The notes below the pieces were generated by a model, which was not told the origin of the DNA, ran no database searches, and worked only from the letters and a program-made list of their open reading frames with translations. From contig CAKKRC010000018.1 in assembly GCA_919902495.1 (NCBI GenBank), positions 580 through 64,579 on the forward strand: a DNA stretch of 64,000 bases, given 5' to 3'. Source of the DNA: Nitrospiria bacterium. GTDB taxonomy: Bacteria > Nitrospirota > UBA9217. This document shows positions 19,367 to 30,703 of the stretch, in pieces; within the stretch, counting starts at the first letter, position 1, and each line of letters starts with the position of its first letter. Made by a program: the position numbers and the translations under genes.

Positions 19367-20569
19367 GTGCCTATTACCGTGAAGAACCCCATCGTCGAGA
19401 TGGACGGCGATGAAATGACCCGGATCATCTGGAAGATGATCAAGGACAAGCTGATCCTGCCCCATCTCACGATCGACCTCAAATACTTTGATCTCGGTAT
19501 GAAGCACCGCGACGACACGGACGACAAGGTCACGTTCGAAGCGACCGAGGCCATCAAGCAGTATGGTGTCGGGGTCAAGTGCGCCACGATCACGCCGAAC
19601 GCGGCACGGGTGAAGGAATACAATCTCAAGAAGCAGTGGCCGAGCCCCAATGCCACGATCCGCTCGGGACTGGACGGCACGGTCTTCCGGAAGCCCATCA
19701 TTGTCCGGAACATCCCACCGGCCGTACGGTCCTGGACGAAGCCGATCATGATCGGACGCCACGCCTACGGCGATATCTACAAGAACAGCGAACTTGTCGT
19801 GGACGGTCCGGGAAAGGCCGAGATCGTGTTCACGCCTGCCGGCGGCGGAACGCCGCGGACGGTCCCTATTCACGACTTCAAAGGCCCGGGCGTGGTCATG
19901 GGGATGCACAACACCGAGAGCTCCATCCGGAGCTTCGCGAAGGCCTGCATCCAGTACGCCCTTGCCGAAAAGACGGACATCTGGTTCGGCGCGAAGGACA
20001 CGATCTCCAAGCAGTATCATGGCCGCTTCCGCGACATCTTCGCCGAGGAGATCGCGACGGCGAAGGCCGACCTCGAGCGGGCGGGGATCCAGTACCGGTA
20101 CATGCTCATTGATGACGCCGTAGCGCAGATCATGAAGGCTTCCGGAGGCATGCTCTGGGCCTGCATGAACTATGACGGCGACGTGATGAGCGATATGGTC
20201 GCTTCGGGGTTCGGCAGCCTGGGTCTCATGACCTCGGTGCTCGTTTCGCCCGACGGCAAGTACGAGTTCGAGGCGGCGCACGGCACGGTCATGCGCCACT
20301 ACTATGAACACCTGAAGGGAAATCCAACGTCCACGAACTCGGTAGCCTCGATCTTCGCCTGGACCGGCGCGATCGCCCGCAGGGGAACGCTCGACGGGAC
20401 GCCGGAGGTGGTCGAGTTCTGCCGCCGGCTCGAATCCGTCGTGCTCAAGACCATCGAGGGCGGCGTCATGACCAAGGACCTCGCGGCCATTGCCGAGCCC
20501 CGTCCCGGCAGCCACGCGCTTACCGAGGAGTTCATCGATGCCGTTGCGAAAGGGCTGGCCGCGTCATGA
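19367..20569 (+). CDS. icd: NADP-dependent isocitrate dehydrogenase, eukaryotic-like (~400 aa) type
   Basis: Conserved across its full length: [35 protein letters not shown] start with AAGGAG RBS. Confidence 0.9.
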   Translation: MPITVKNPIVEMDGDEMTRIIWKMIKDKLILPHLTIDLKYFDLGMKHRDDTDDKVTFEATEAIKQYGVGVKCATITPNAARVKEYNLKKQWPSPNATIRSGLDGTVFRKPIIVRNIPPAVRSWTKPIMIGRHAYGDIYKNSELVVDGPGKAEIVFTPAGGGTPRTVPIHDFKGPGVVMGMHNTESSIRSFAKACIQYALAEKTDIWFGAKDTISKQYHGRFRDIFAEEIATAKADLERAGIQYRYMLIDDAVAQIMKASGGMLWACMNYDGDVMSDMVASGFGSLGLMTSVLVSPDGKYEFEAAHGTVMRHYYEHLKGNPTSTNSVASIFAWTGAIARRGTLDGTPEVVEFCRRLESVVLKTIEGGVMTKDLAAIAEPRPGSHALTEEFIDAVAKGLAAS

Positions 20570-20603
20570 CCTGTCGGCACATTGCACACCCCGGAGCCAT
20601 TCC

Positions 20604-21509
20604 ATGAACGGTAAGTACCTGTCGGCACTTCTGTTCCTTGCGGTAAGCGCGCTGAGTACGCTCACGTTGCTCGTCGAGGCAGTGTTGCAGCTCTACGGGA
20701 AGAGCATCTGCGCGACCGAGGGATGCAAGGTCGTGGCGCAGGTCACGCGGTTCGGCGACCTCACGATGGTCCTGCTGGGCCTCGGCACGATCGCGCTGAT
20801 CACCGTCCTCGCGGCGCAGGAGATGCGGTCGGTGAGCGCGCGCAGTGAACGGGTCATCAACTTCCTTCTGGTGGCGTCCCTGGCAGGTGAAGGCTTCTTC
20901 GTGGGATACCAGCTCTTTCGCCTCGACGCGGTCTGCGTGTTCTGCCTGGGAGTGTTCGGCATCTTTGTCGTGCTCGGTGGGCTCCGCATCCTTTCCGGCC
21001 AGCGGGAGGTCATCGCCGGGTTCGGCGCGCTCTTCGCGGTCCTGAGCCTCTTCTACCTTATCCTGCCCGCGGGCGGCACGGCGCTCCCCCGGGACGCGAA
21101 ATACATCCTGTTCACCAGCGCAGACTGCAAGTACTGCTCCGAGATCCGCAAGGAACTTGACGAAAAGAAGATCGATGTGCGGTACGTTGCGATAAAGGAA
21201 CATGCCGCGACGCTCAAAAACCTGGGGATCGAGCACGTACCGACCCTGATGGTGAACGGGCCCCAGGAAAAGATATTTCTAACCGGCACCGGCGCCATCC
21301 GACGCCATCTCCTCACCTGCGAACAAGCCCAGCCCGCTCCGCAGAAAAAACAAGCGTCTCCGGCCGCGCCCCGACCGGGAAAAACACGGGCGACCGCTGT
21401 TCCGGGAGCCGGCACGCTGGCGCCTTTGTCGCCCGGTGGCGCGTCGAACCTGATCTTCAGTCCTTTGCCGGACACCGGCATATGCAAGGAAGACATCAAG
21501 TGCGACTGA
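20604..21509 (+). CDS. vitamin K epoxide reductase (VKOR)-family membrane protein fused to a thioredoxin-like domain
   Basis: Five TM segments. Loop Cys pair CATEGC. Membrane CVFC redox motif. C-terminal Trx-like DCKYC. GGAG RBS at 20593. Confidence 0.7.
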   Translation: MNGKYLSALLFLAVSALSTLTLLVEAVLQLYGKSICATEGCKVVAQVTRFGDLTMVLLGLGTIALITVLAAQEMRSVSARSERVINFLLVASLAGEGFFVGYQLFRLDAVCVFCLGVFGIFVVLGGLRILSGQREVIAGFGALFAVLSLFYLILPAGGTALPRDAKYILFTSADCKYCSEIRKELDEKKIDVRYVAIKEHAATLKNLGIEHVPTLMVNGPQEKIFLTGTGAIRRHLLTCEQAQPAPQKKQASPAAPRPGKTRATAVPGAGTLAPLSPGGASNLIFSPLPDTGICKEDIKCD

Positions 21510-21674
21510 TCGCCCTGCGTTTTTCCCGTCGTTCCCCGACAAATTCAGCTATCATGTACGAAAGAACAAGGCCAGCATACAACAACATGCGGGATGTGCC
21601 GCCAGGGGGCGGCGATCCTGTCAGCGGGATCCGATAGCGGCCGGCGCGGCAGGAAGGCCCCGGAGGAGGAAGCA

Positions 21675-22568
21675 ATGGAAAAGATCGATGACGAGATGCT
21701 CCTAGAGGAGCTTAAAAAAAAGTTTGAGGAGAGCCGGATCGCCGTAGCCAATCTCCGGACCATGACGCAGAACCTGGAGGCGGTGAACGAGAAGCTCCGG
21801 CAGTCAGAATCGCTCAAAACCGATTTTTTGTCGAACATCCGGAACGAGATCAACAATCCCCTGACCTCCATCATGGGACTGACCAAGCAGGTCGTCGATA
21901 AAAAAGCCGACGGTGACCGGGCCCGCGAGATCGCCGGAATGATCTACCATGAGGCCTTCGATCTTGATTTCCAGCTCAGGAACATCTTCGCGGCCGCCGA
22001 ACTCGAAGCGGGAGAGACGACCCCCAGTGTGGCCCTGGTGGACGTGGCCGCTCTTGTCCGGAATCAGCTCGCGGCGTTCGGTCATAAGGCCGCCGAGAAA
22101 AAGGTCTCCCTGGACTATCAGTGCGTCTGCCCGGACGGCGACGGGATCACGTTCAAGACGGACCCGGAGTGGCTCCAAAAGGTCACAGCCAACCTGCTCG
22201 CCAATGCCATCGAGTTCTGCCATGAGGGGAAGAGCGTGGCCCTCCGCGTGTGGCAGGAGGGGGGCCGCCTGAACATTTCTATTGCCGATGAAGGCCCCGG
22301 GATCCCCGAAGCGGACCGAAAGAAGGTGTTTGACCGGTTCGTCCAGCTGGACACCGGGGTGCGCAAGCGCCACAAGGGCCACGGGCTTGGCCTCAGTATC
22401 GCGAAAGCATTGGTGGAGATGCTGAATGGAAGCATTGTGCTGGCCGGCAATAAGGGCAACGGGTGCGTGTTCACCGTGTCCCTGGCCGAGATGGAGACAG
22501 GACAGCCGGTCGATGTAACATCGGGGGACGGGAACGAGTTCATATTCGGGGACGGAACGAAGTTCTAA
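21675..22568 (+). CDS. soluble sensor histidine kinase (coiled coil + HisKA + HATPase_c)
   Basis: H-box FLSNIRNEINNPL. N, G1 and G2 boxes (LLANAIEF, DEGPGI, GHGLGLSI). No TM segment. GGAGGAGG RBS. Confidence 0.8.
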   Translation: MEKIDDEMLLEELKKKFEESRIAVANLRTMTQNLEAVNEKLRQSESLKTDFLSNIRNEINNPLTSIMGLTKQVVDKKADGDRAREIAGMIYHEAFDLDFQLRNIFAAAELEAGETTPSVALVDVAALVRNQLAAFGHKAAEKKVSLDYQCVCPDGDGITFKTDPEWLQKVTANLLANAIEFCHEGKSVALRVWQEGGRLNISIADEGPGIPEADRKKVFDRFVQLDTGVRKRHKGHGLGLSIAKALVEMLNGSIVLAGNKGNGCVFTVSLAEMETGQPVDVTSGDGNEFIFGDGTKF

Positions 22569-22622
22569 GCGTGCTTTCGCCGTACTGTCTTTGTGATCGC
22601 GGCGCCGCAGGGAAATTCTGCA

Positions 22623-23114
22623 ATGCTTTATAATCCAGACGAGAACAGCCACTACCTCCTTGCCGGCAGCCTCTTTGTACATGAGGAGCGGCATTTCGTC
22701 ACGACCGTTCTCGGCTCCTGCGTATCGGTCTGCCTCTGGGACTGCGTGCGGAACCGGGGCGGCATCAATCATTACATGCTGCCTTTCTGGAACGGCGAGG
22801 GGCTGGCTTCGCCGAAATACGGGAACATTGCCATCGCGAAGCTGATCGAAAAGCTGCTGCAGCTTGGTTCGGACAAGCGCAATCTGCGCGCCAAGGTCTT
22901 CGGCGGGGGTGTCGTCCTGAACGTTACGAACCCGTTCATGAATATAGGCGAGCGCAATATCCAGCTTGCGGACGACATGCTCAAGAGCGAGAACATTCCG
23001 ATCGTCGGCGCCGACACCGGCGGCAAGTTCGGGCGCAAGCTCATCTTCAACACCGAGACCGGATCGGTCTTTTTGAAGAAACTGACAAAACAGATCGATG
23101 ATATCAGGCTTTGA
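22623..23114 (+). CDS. cheD: chemoreceptor glutamine deamidase CheD
   Basis: Conserved across the length: GSCVSVCLWD, NHYMLP, GGGVVLNV. Confidence 0.8.
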   Translation: MLYNPDENSHYLLAGSLFVHEERHFVTTVLGSCVSVCLWDCVRNRGGINHYMLPFWNGEGLASPKYGNIAIAKLIEKLLQLGSDKRNLRAKVFGGGVVLNVTNPFMNIGERNIQLADDMLKSENIPIVGADTGGKFGRKLIFNTETGSVFLKKLTKQIDDIRL

Positions 23115-23260
23115 ACCCAGGAGCGAGCAATTAGCATTCGATACCATCCTTCTTTTCGCCCTCCTCAACGCTTTCCCGTCCCCCTTGGATACCGCCGTCC
23201 CCCTACCCGGGGTCCGCAGGGTATCAGTCGAGAAACCTGCTGTATTTCCTGGTTAATTTA

Positions 23261-23290
23261 TTGACATTTCCTTTTCTGCCATGCTATTAT
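23261..23290 (+). promoter_or_regulatory. sigma70-like promoter TTGACA-18-TATTAT upstream of the REC-DUF4388 gene
   Basis: -35 at 23261-23266, -10 at 23285-23290, about 30 nt before ATG 23320. Confidence 0.45.
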
Positions 23291-23319
23291 CATTGCGTAT
23301 CGAAGCACAGGGGTAACCA

Positions 23320-24630
23320 ATGGCCGGGGAGAAAATCCTCAACATAGATGATAGCCCTACCGTTCAACGACTGATCGAGATGATCCTTTCGTCGCAGGGG
23401 TATCAGGTCGTGCTTGCGTCCGATGGGGAAGAGGGCATTCAGAAGGCGAAGTCCGAGAGGCCCGCGCTCATTCTGGTCGACTTCGTCATGCCGAAGATGA
23501 ACGGCTACCAGGTCTGCAAGACCTTGAAAGAGGACCCGGAGTTCAGGGATACACCGATAATCCTGGTTACGTCAAAAGGCGATAAGGTCGGCAGCAAGTT
23601 CGTCGACGTTCTGGGTATCAGCGAATATTTCACCAAGCCATTCCAGCCGGAAGAGCTCCTTTCCAAGATACGCGAGGTCCTCGATAAAAAGGCCGAGGAG
23701 GCGGCGGCGGCAAAGGCAGCTGCTGCGAAGGCCAGGTCCGCGCCTGCTCCGGCCCGCGGCGCCGCGGCAGCAACGGCACCTGAAGGCCTCGAGGCCATGG
23801 TCACCACGATCGTGAAGCGCATCCTTGATGATTTCGTGCAGAACACCCTCCCTGCGCTCATCAGCAAGTTGCCGGGCGGCAAGGGTGGGGGCAGCGCCTC
23901 CATTCAGGGGAACCTGGCGGCCTTCCGTATCGTCGAACTCATGCAGATGCTTTCCCTTCAGCGTCAAAGCGGCAGACTTGTCATCACCCGCCGCGAGGGA
24001 GAGGCTGAGGTCTTCGTCAAGGATGGAGCGATCGTTTTTGCCGGCACCACCATGAACGGGAGCATCGGCGGCATCGAGGGCCTGCTCAAGAAGTCCTGCC
24101 GCGTCGCCGAGGACGGGCTGCAACACGCGCGCCGGATCGCCGAGATGACCGGCCAGCCGCTTGACGGCGTCCTTGCCCAGGAGAAGATCCTGGACCAGAA
24201 GACATTCGGGGCCTGCCTGAAGCGTCATACGGAATCCGTGGTCTTTAAAGCAATGGAGTGGAAGGACGGAGATTTCTTTTTTGACAGCACGCTCGCCCCT
24301 GTCTTCGCCAATCCCGTAGCGCTTAAAGTGGACGATCTGATCCTGGAAGGAACCCGAAGGTCTGACGAGTGGGTACTGATCCAGCAGAAAATCCCCAATT
24401 TTTCCATGGTATTCGAGCCCCTTATCGGAAACGCCGAGGAGCTCACCCGGCGGGGCCTGAGCGATATGGACCTGAAGGTGTTCGCGATGGTGGACGGCAG
24501 GAGCACGGTCCAGGAGGTCATCGAACGAGCCATGCTCTCTGATTTTGACGTCGCAAAAAGCATGTTCATCCTGCTCTCGGTGAATTTGATCAGGAAGAAA
24601 AGCAGTCCGAAGATGACCGCAACTCTGTGA
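23320..24630 (+). CDS. response regulator: REC domain + Ala-rich linker + C-terminal DUF4388 (PATAN-like) domain
   Basis: REC (ILNIDDSPT...LVDFVMPKMNG...TSKG). Ala-rich low-complexity linker. C-terminal ~250 aa that I recall as DUF4388. Confidence 0.65.
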   Translation: MAGEKILNIDDSPTVQRLIEMILSSQGYQVVLASDGEEGIQKAKSERPALILVDFVMPKMNGYQVCKTLKEDPEFRDTPIILVTSKGDKVGSKFVDVLGISEYFTKPFQPEELLSKIREVLDKKAEEAAAAKAAAAKARSAPAPARGAAAATAPEGLEAMVTTIVKRILDDFVQNTLPALISKLPGGKGGGSASIQGNLAAFRIVELMQMLSLQRQSGRLVITRREGEAEVFVKDGAIVFAGTTMNGSIGGIEGLLKKSCRVAEDGLQHARRIAEMTGQPLDGVLAQEKILDQKTFGACLKRHTESVVFKAMEWKDGDFFFDSTLAPVFANPVALKVDDLILEGTRRSDEWVLIQQKIPNFSMVFEPLIGNAEELTRRGLSDMDLKVFAMVDGRSTVQEVIERAMLSDFDVAKSMFILLSVNLIRKKSSPKMTATL

Positions 24631-24710
24631 TAAAACGAAAGAAAACTTGACAATACCAACAAAATATGTTAACTTTGCACAGCATTGTGTGACATAAAAA
24701 GGAGATGACA

Positions 24711-25070
24711 ATGGCCAAGATACTGGTAGCAGATGACAGCCTGGCGGAGTTGCAGATCATCCAGCAGACGTTGCAATCGACAGGTCATTCCATCGTGACC
24801 GTTATGGATGGCGAGGCGGCCGAGGCGAAAGCAAAGTCTGAGAAGTTCGATCTTATCATCCTTGATGTGATCATGCCGAAGAAGAACGGGTTCCAGGTAT
24901 GCCGAGAGATCAAGACCTATGAACCCACCAAGAACGTCCCGATCATCATGGTGACCTCGAAGGACCAGGAGAGCGATAAGTTCTGGGGAATGAAGCAAGG
25001 CGCCGATGAATATCTTACCAAGCCCTTTAAGCCCGAAGACCTGCTCAAGACCGTGAAGAAATACATCTAA
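24711..25070 (+). CDS. cheY: single-domain CheY-like response regulator
   Basis: KILVADDS...ILDVIMPKKNG...VTSKDQ...YLTKPF. AAGGAG RBS 6 nt before ATG 24711. Confidence 0.8.
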   Translation: MAKILVADDSLAELQIIQQTLQSTGHSIVTVMDGEAAEAKAKSEKFDLIILDVIMPKKNGFQVCREIKTYEPTKNVPIIMVTSKDQESDKFWGMKQGADEYLTKPFKPEDLLKTVKKYI

Positions 25071-25094
25071 CGACCATTCTGGAGGAGAGCCTGG

Positions 25095-25595
25095 TTGGCC
25101 GATATCAACACTGAAGTCACCGCCGAGGTGTTACAGCATGCGACCGCGGAAGAGGAAGTTCGTATATGCCTCTTCAGCATAAGCGGGGACACCTATGCCG
25201 TGACGGTCGATCTCCTGGCCGAGATCATCATTCCCCAGAAGGTCTTTCCCGTACCCACGACCCCGTCCCATGTTATCGGCATTATAAACCTGCGGGGCAA
25301 TATTGTTCCGATCGTGGATATCCGCCCCGCGTTGTCCCTGCCTTCGTCCACCGTACTCAACCAGGTCGCCATTATCCGGCATGAACAGATGACCATCGGG
25401 ATCGTTGTGGATGCTGTTGCCGATGTGATCTCGGTGCCCCTGAGCAGCGTATTGCCTCTTCCCGCGGAGATCGCGGTGCAGGAATCGGACACCAAGAGCC
25501 GGAGCCGGTATCTTAAGGCGATCGTGCAGCGGCCGAACGGCGTTGCGGCCTTGCTGAACATTGACCGTCTGCTGGAGACGATACGTCTGTCATAA
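25095..25595 (+). CDS. cheW: chemotaxis coupling protein CheW
   Basis: CheW fold motifs: GIINLRGNIVPIVD and IVVDAVADVISV. TTG start with a GGAGG RBS. Confidence 0.7.
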   Translation: MADINTEVTAEVLQHATAEEEVRICLFSISGDTYAVTVDLLAEIIIPQKVFPVPTTPSHVIGIINLRGNIVPIVDIRPALSLPSSTVLNQVAIIRHEQMTIGIVVDAVADVISVPLSSVLPLPAEIAVQESDTKSRSRYLKAIVQRPNGVAALLNIDRLLETIRLS

Positions 25596-25648
25596 CGTGC
25601 GGTCCGCGCGGCCGCGTGAAGCTATTATCTGGGTAAAGGAGTTCCTCC

Positions 25649-27532
25649 ATGAAAAGCGATGATGCCGTACAGAAAGCCCCTCTATTACGCCATATCAGCA
25701 TCAGGACCAAGGTCGTGCTCATGATCGTGGCAATGTCCGCCGTGTTCGGGTCGGGCATCCTCGGTTTCATCTACTATCAGCTTCAGAATACGCTCCGCGA
25801 CGAAGCGCTGAACAAGGCCCTGATCCTGGCAGACGGTCTGAGCGTCAAAGCAGCAGAGCCGGTCCAGGTCGAAGACCTGAACGCGCTCCAGTTCATCCTG
25901 GGCGAGGCCATTGGCCAGGCCGACGTGGCATACGCGTTCATACGCGATTCCCGCGGCCGGGTCCTCTCCTCGTCATTCGAGGGCAACGTGGTCCCGGCGG
26001 AGCTCCAGACCATCAACCAGTTGCAACCCAACGTTCCCTTCGGCACGGAGAACGCGAACTTACTGCTCAAGGACACGGTCATTGAGGTGACGGACATCGC
26101 TTCTCCTGTCGGCGGCGGCGCCCTCGGCAGTATTCATATCGGCCTCAACATCACCCAGATCAAGCTGAACATCCGGAATATCCTTCTGAACATCCTGTAC
26201 GTCGGCGCGGGGGGCCTACTTGTCCTTGCCATACTGACGATCGTTATCGTTGCCATTATCATCGCACCGGTGAGAGACCTCATGGAGGTGTCCGAGGCCC
26301 TCGGGCGCGGCGATCTAACGAAGAAAGCGAACGTGAAATCCAGCGACGAGCTTGGCCAGCTGGGAACGACACTGAACACCACCATCGACCGTCTGCAGGG
26401 TCTGGTGCAGACCGAATCCGACCGGGACAAAATGCAGCACCAGGTCATGGACCTCCTGTCCATCGTGAGCGGCGCCGCGGAAGGCGATCTCACGGTCAAG
26501 GCGGAAGTGACCGCCGACGCACTGGGGTCGGTGGCGGACGCGTTCAACCTCATGATCAACGGTCTTACGGCGCTCGTCTCGCAGGCGAGCGATGTGGCAA
26601 GCGAGATCCAGCATTCCACCAGCGACATCCTGAAGGCGTCCGACCGCATGCGACGGGGAGCCGAGCAGCAGACGGCCCAGATCCAGGGAGCATCGGGCGC
26701 GGTGAACGAGATGTCCCATACGATCCAGCGCATGGCGGAGAACGCTGAGGCCGCCACCCAGGCATCCCTCCGTGCCACCCAGGCCGCCGTGAAGGGCGGC
26801 GCCTCCGTGGCAGAGACGATCAAAGGTATGCAGCGGATCCGTGCCGCGGTGCAGACCACCGGAAAGAAGATCAAGGGACTTGGCGAACGCTCCCTCGAGA
26901 TCGGCGCTATCATTGAGGTGATCAACGAGATCGCCACCCAGACGAACCTGCTGGCCTTGAACGCCGCGATCGAAGCGGCCCGCGCCGGAGAACAGGGCAG
27001 GGGTTTTGCCGTGGTTGCCGACGAAGTCCGGAAGCTGGCAGAACGCGCAGCCCGTGCGACCAAGGACATCACGAGCCTCATCAAGGGCATTCAGGTGGAG
27101 ACCAGCGAGGCCGTGACGGTCATGGAAGAGGGAACCCGCGAAGTGGAGGAAGGGACGAAGCTTGCCGACCAGGCGGGTGCCGCACTCCGCGAGATCGAAC
27201 AGATCGTTAAGCAGACCTCCGGTCTGGTGACGGACATCACCAACTCCGCCGTGAACCAGGTGAAGGTTTCGGAGGGTATCGTGACCTCCATGGACAGCAT
27301 TTCCAAACTGACGCAGGAAACCACGGTCGGCGTTCGCGATACCGTGGAGACCATCAGCAAACTGGCCGAACTTTCGACACGGCTCACCGTCGCGATCGGC
27401 CGGTTCAAACTGGGCAAGGAGCAGCAGCCAGCCGCTGAGGCGGGACTTCCCGTCATGGAAGGCAGCTATCCACAACTTGCCGAGGAAGTGACCACCAGTG
27501 ATGAGGAGATCAAGCTGGGCTTCATTGAATAG
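25649..27532 (+). CDS. methyl-accepting chemotaxis protein (2 TM, periplasmic sensor, HAMP, MA domain)
   Basis: Highly conserved MCP hairpin tip: [36 protein letters not shown]. Confidence 0.9.
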   Translation: MKSDDAVQKAPLLRHISIRTKVVLMIVAMSAVFGSGILGFIYYQLQNTLRDEALNKALILADGLSVKAAEPVQVEDLNALQFILGEAIGQADVAYAFIRDSRGRVLSSSFEGNVVPAELQTINQLQPNVPFGTENANLLLKDTVIEVTDIASPVGGGALGSIHIGLNITQIKLNIRNILLNILYVGAGGLLVLAILTIVIVAIIIAPVRDLMEVSEALGRGDLTKKANVKSSDELGQLGTTLNTTIDRLQGLVQTESDRDKMQHQVMDLLSIVSGAAEGDLTVKAEVTADALGSVADAFNLMINGLTALVSQASDVASEIQHSTSDILKASDRMRRGAEQQTAQIQGASGAVNEMSHTIQRMAENAEAATQASLRATQAAVKGGASVAETIKGMQRIRAAVQTTGKKIKGLGERSLEIGAIIEVINEIATQTNLLALNAAIEAARAGEQGRGFAVVADEVRKLAERAARATKDITSLIKGIQVETSEAVTVMEEGTREVEEGTKLADQAGAALREIEQIVKQTSGLVTDITNSAVNQVKVSEGIVTSMDSISKLTQETTVGVRDTVETISKLAELSTRLTVAIGRFKLGKEQQPAAEAGLPVMEGSYPQLAEEVTTSDEEIKLGFIE

Positions 27533-27538
27533 AATCCT

Positions 27539-30277
27539 ATGGCAGGCTCCCTCGATAAATCCGGCATAATTGAATTCTTCCTGATTGAGGCCAGCGAGCA
27601 TATTCAGAACCTCAATACGGGACTGCTCGCCCTCGAAAAGGATCCGACGAACCGCGAGGTCATCGACGAGCTTTTCCGCGCGGCGCACACGCTCAAAGGG
27701 TCCGCCGCCATGATGGGCTTCCAGGGGATCAGCGATGTCGGGCATAAGTCCGAAGACATGCTCGGGCTGTTCCGCTCCGGGTCCATCCCGATCACCCGCG
27801 AAACGCTGAACTTCCTCTTTGACAGCGTTGATGCCGTGAAGCTCATGGTCGACGGGATCGCGTCCAAGAAGCCCGAAGATCCGCTTATCATCGAGAACAT
27901 AAACCAGTCCTTCACGAGTCTTGTCGAGAACCTTCGCGGCAAAGCCGCCTTACCTCCATCGACGGGAGCCGCACCTGCAGAGAAGTCCGAACGTCTCGCC
28001 GCGCCGCCTGCGTCTCCCGTGCCCGTATCTGCTCCGCCCGCTGCAAAGGCGCCGGAGAAACCCGCGTCCCTTCCTTCAAAGGAAGAGCTTGACATGGCAT
28101 GGGAGAAGGCGTTCGCTGAGGAAGCGGGGGAGTCACCCAGGCCCGATAAGACCGCCGCCCAAAAGGCGCCGGTGTCCGCTCCGAAAAATGCCGCGCCTTC
28201 GGCCCCGCAGAAACCGGCGAGCACGGTCCCGTCGCCGGCCGCACCGCAGCCTCCCGTGCCACCGAGGCCGTCGGCGGCACAAGCGGCCGCAGATGCCGCG
28301 GCTATGGAAGCTGCCGCGGAAGCATCGCTCCAGCAGGAGATCGAAGATGCAAAGCGGGCCGGTGTCGTGGAGAAGCGCGGCGTCGGCAGGCGGGCCGCGG
28401 ACGCCCCCGATATCGAGAAACAGTTCATCCGGGTCAACATCGAGCGGCTCGATAATCTCATGAACCTCGTGGGCGAGATGGTCGTGAACCGCAACAAGCT
28501 CACCCGCCAGGTGGACCTCATCAAATCCCTTCGCGATGAGCTTTCGTTCAGTCAGAACCGCCTGCTGTATGAGATCCGGAAATTTGAAGAGAAGTATGAA
28601 TACACCATGAATTACCAGGCCCCGACGCCTGCTGTCCCCGAGCAGCGTCCGGCAGAGCAGTCGGGAGATTTCTTCGAGCTGGAATTCGACCGGTATGACG
28701 ATTTTAATCTGCTTTCGCGCAAGCTGACGGAGATCACGAACGACACCAACGAGATCATGATGGAGTTTTCCGGCTTCTTTGACTCCTTCGAGCTTGATAC
28801 GGCCAGGATCTCCACCATCACCTCCAACCTCCAGAACGAGATCACCATGGCGCGCATGGTGGAGATGGACCGCCTGTTCCAGCTGTTCCAGCGGCCGGTG
28901 CGCGACATGGCCCAGTCAGAGAACAAGAAGATCAATATGGTGGTGACGGGCGGGGACACGAAGATCGACAAGACGATCTTCGAGATCATCTCCGATCCTT
29001 TAATGCACATGGTGCGGAACGCCATATCCCACGGGATCGAAGGACCTGAAGAGCGCACGCGGAACGGGAAGGACCCGAGCGGGGTGCTCATCCTTTCAGC
29101 ACGGCATGACGGGAGCAGTATTGTTCTTCAGATCGAGGATGACGGCCGCGGCATGGACCCGGAGCATCTGCGGCGTTCAGCAGTGGAGAAGCGGTTCATC
29201 ACGCAGGGTGAAGCGAAGGCGATGTCCGATGCCGATGCCCTGAACCTGATCTTCCGCGCGGGTTTTTCCACGGCCGCCACGGTCGGCAAGGTGTCCGGTC
29301 GGGGCGTGGGAATGGACGTCGTGACGACCCAGCTCGGGAAGATCAACGGACGCATCGAGATCAAGACGGAAAAAAATGTAGGCACCCGTTTCATCATACG
29401 GCTGCCGCTCACCCTGGCCATCGCCCAGGCGCTGATCGTCAAGGTGAAGGACCAGGAGGTTGCCATCCCCATGAACCTCGTGGAGGAGACCACGCGGTTC
29501 TCCGACAAGGACATCCAGCGGGCGGCCGGCGAGGAGATGGTGAACCTCCGCGGCTCTCTCATGCGCCTCATGCGCCTGAACACCCTTCTGGCGGCAGGAA
29601 AGCTTCCGAAGAAGGGAGAGGACTATCGCTATCCCACCCTGATCCTCGTCCTTGCAGAGAAGCGGGTCGCCCTCATGGTGGAGGACATTGCCGGCCGGGA
29701 AGAGATCGTGGTGAAGTCCCTCGGAGAGTACCTGAAGAACGTGCGGATGTTCTCCGGGGCAACGATCTCCGGCGAAGGCGATGTTCGTCTCATTTTGAAC
29801 GTTGCGCACCTGTTCGGCGAGGAGACCATCAGCACCAAGACGAGCTACATCGGCGGGCGGGAAACGGCCGCCGCAGAAACGGCGCGGCGCAAGCCGCGCG
29901 TTCTGGTGGTGGACGACTCCATCAGCATACGAAAATATGTTCAGCGCTTCCTCGATCGAAGCGGCTATGAAGTGGAGACAGCGACCGACGGCATGAACGC
30001 GCTCGAGGTGCTGGGCAAGACGAAGGTTGATGCGGTGATCACGGACCTCGAGATGCCGGTCATGCATGGGTATGATCTCATGGCCGAAATGAAGCGCAAC
30101 CCCGTGTTCATGAACATTCCTATTATTGTGCTTACCTCGCGAGCAGGCGAGAAGCACCGGCAGAAAGCTATCGACATGGGGGCCCAGGACTATCTCGTGA
30201 AACCCTTCGAAGAGCAGGAAATGATCGAAGCGCTGAAAAAGCTCCTGAGCAACGCCGCCCTGGCGTCACGCGCATAG
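27539..30277 (+). CDS. cheA: hybrid CheA histidine kinase with C-terminal receiver domain (FrzE/ChpA-like)
   Basis: Hpt domain with HTLKGSAAMMGF. Long Ala/Pro-rich linker. HATPase G-boxes (GRGVGMDVV). CheW-like P5. C-terminal REC (VLVVDDSISIRK...DLEMPVMHG...LTSRAGE). Confidence 0.9.
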   Translation: MAGSLDKSGIIEFFLIEASEHIQNLNTGLLALEKDPTNREVIDELFRAAHTLKGSAAMMGFQGISDVGHKSEDMLGLFRSGSIPITRETLNFLFDSVDAVKLMVDGIASKKPEDPLIIENINQSFTSLVENLRGKAALPPSTGAAPAEKSERLAAPPASPVPVSAPPAAKAPEKPASLPSKEELDMAWEKAFAEEAGESPRPDKTAAQKAPVSAPKNAAPSAPQKPASTVPSPAAPQPPVPPRPSAAQAAADAAAMEAAAEASLQQEIEDAKRAGVVEKRGVGRRAADAPDIEKQFIRVNIERLDNLMNLVGEMVVNRNKLTRQVDLIKSLRDELSFSQNRLLYEIRKFEEKYEYTMNYQAPTPAVPEQRPAEQSGDFFELEFDRYDDFNLLSRKLTEITNDTNEIMMEFSGFFDSFELDTARISTITSNLQNEITMARMVEMDRLFQLFQRPVRDMAQSENKKINMVVTGGDTKIDKTIFEIISDPLMHMVRNAISHGIEGPEERTRNGKDPSGVLILSARHDGSSIVLQIEDDGRGMDPEHLRRSAVEKRFITQGEAKAMSDADALNLIFRAGFSTAATVGKVSGRGVGMDVVTTQLGKINGRIEIKTEKNVGTRFIIRLPLTLAIAQALIVKVKDQEVAIPMNLVEETTRFSDKDIQRAAGEEMVNLRGSLMRLMRLNTLLAAGKLPKKGEDYRYPTLILVLAEKRVALMVEDIAGREEIVVKSLGEYLKNVRMFSGATISGEGDVRLILNVAHLFGEETISTKTSYIGGRETAAAETARRKPRVLVVDDSISIRKYVQRFLDRSGYEVETATDGMNALEVLGKTKVDAVITDLEMPVMHGYDLMAEMKRNPVFMNIPIIVLTSRAGEKHRQKAIDMGAQDYLVKPFEEQEMIEALKKLLSNAALASRA

Positions 30278-30292
30278 TCACCGGGCATCCCT

Positions 30293-30703
30293 ATGGACGA
30301 TAAAACACGGTATCTCATCGTATCGATCGAAGGTGAAAGCTTTGCCATTCCGATCACCAGCCTCCTGGAGATCACCGTTCCGAGGAACATCCAGAAGGAC
30401 CAGAAGCTATCGGAGATCTTCGAAGGGAAGCTCGATTACCGGGGCAAAATGATCCCGGTGGTCAATTTGAAAAAAGTCCTGAAACTGCCGGGGAATCCCG
30501 GCGGCGGTCTCATCGTCGTGAAAAGCAGCAAGGGTGTTCTGGGTCTGTTGGTTGACACGGCGAAAGAGCTTCTGGAGACATCGCAGAAGCCTGTGCCCAT
30601 GCCGCGGGGTGTCCTGAATCCCAGTCTGAATTACTATGCTGGCATCCTGCGGAACCGGGAGGACCTGGTTGTTCTCCTGAACGAGGACGGGTTGCTGCCA
30701 TGA
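30293..30703 (+). CDS. cheW: CheW-like coupling protein
   Basis: YLIVSIEGESFAIPI..DYRGKMIPVVNL..LLVDTAKELL. Confidence 0.7.
   Translation: MDDKTRYLIVSIEGESFAIPITSLLEITVPRNIQKDQKLSEIFEGKLDYRGKMIPVVNLKKVLKLPGNPGGGLIVVKSSKGVLGLLVDTAKELLETSQKPVPMPRGVLNPSLNYYAGILRNREDLVVLLNEDGLLP

Noticed and set aside
23115-23260. Palindrome GATACC...GGTATC with inner CCCGGGG upstream of the REC-DUF4388 gene
   Set aside because: Only 6-bp outer arms match. The inner sequences are not complementary, so evidence for an operator is weak.
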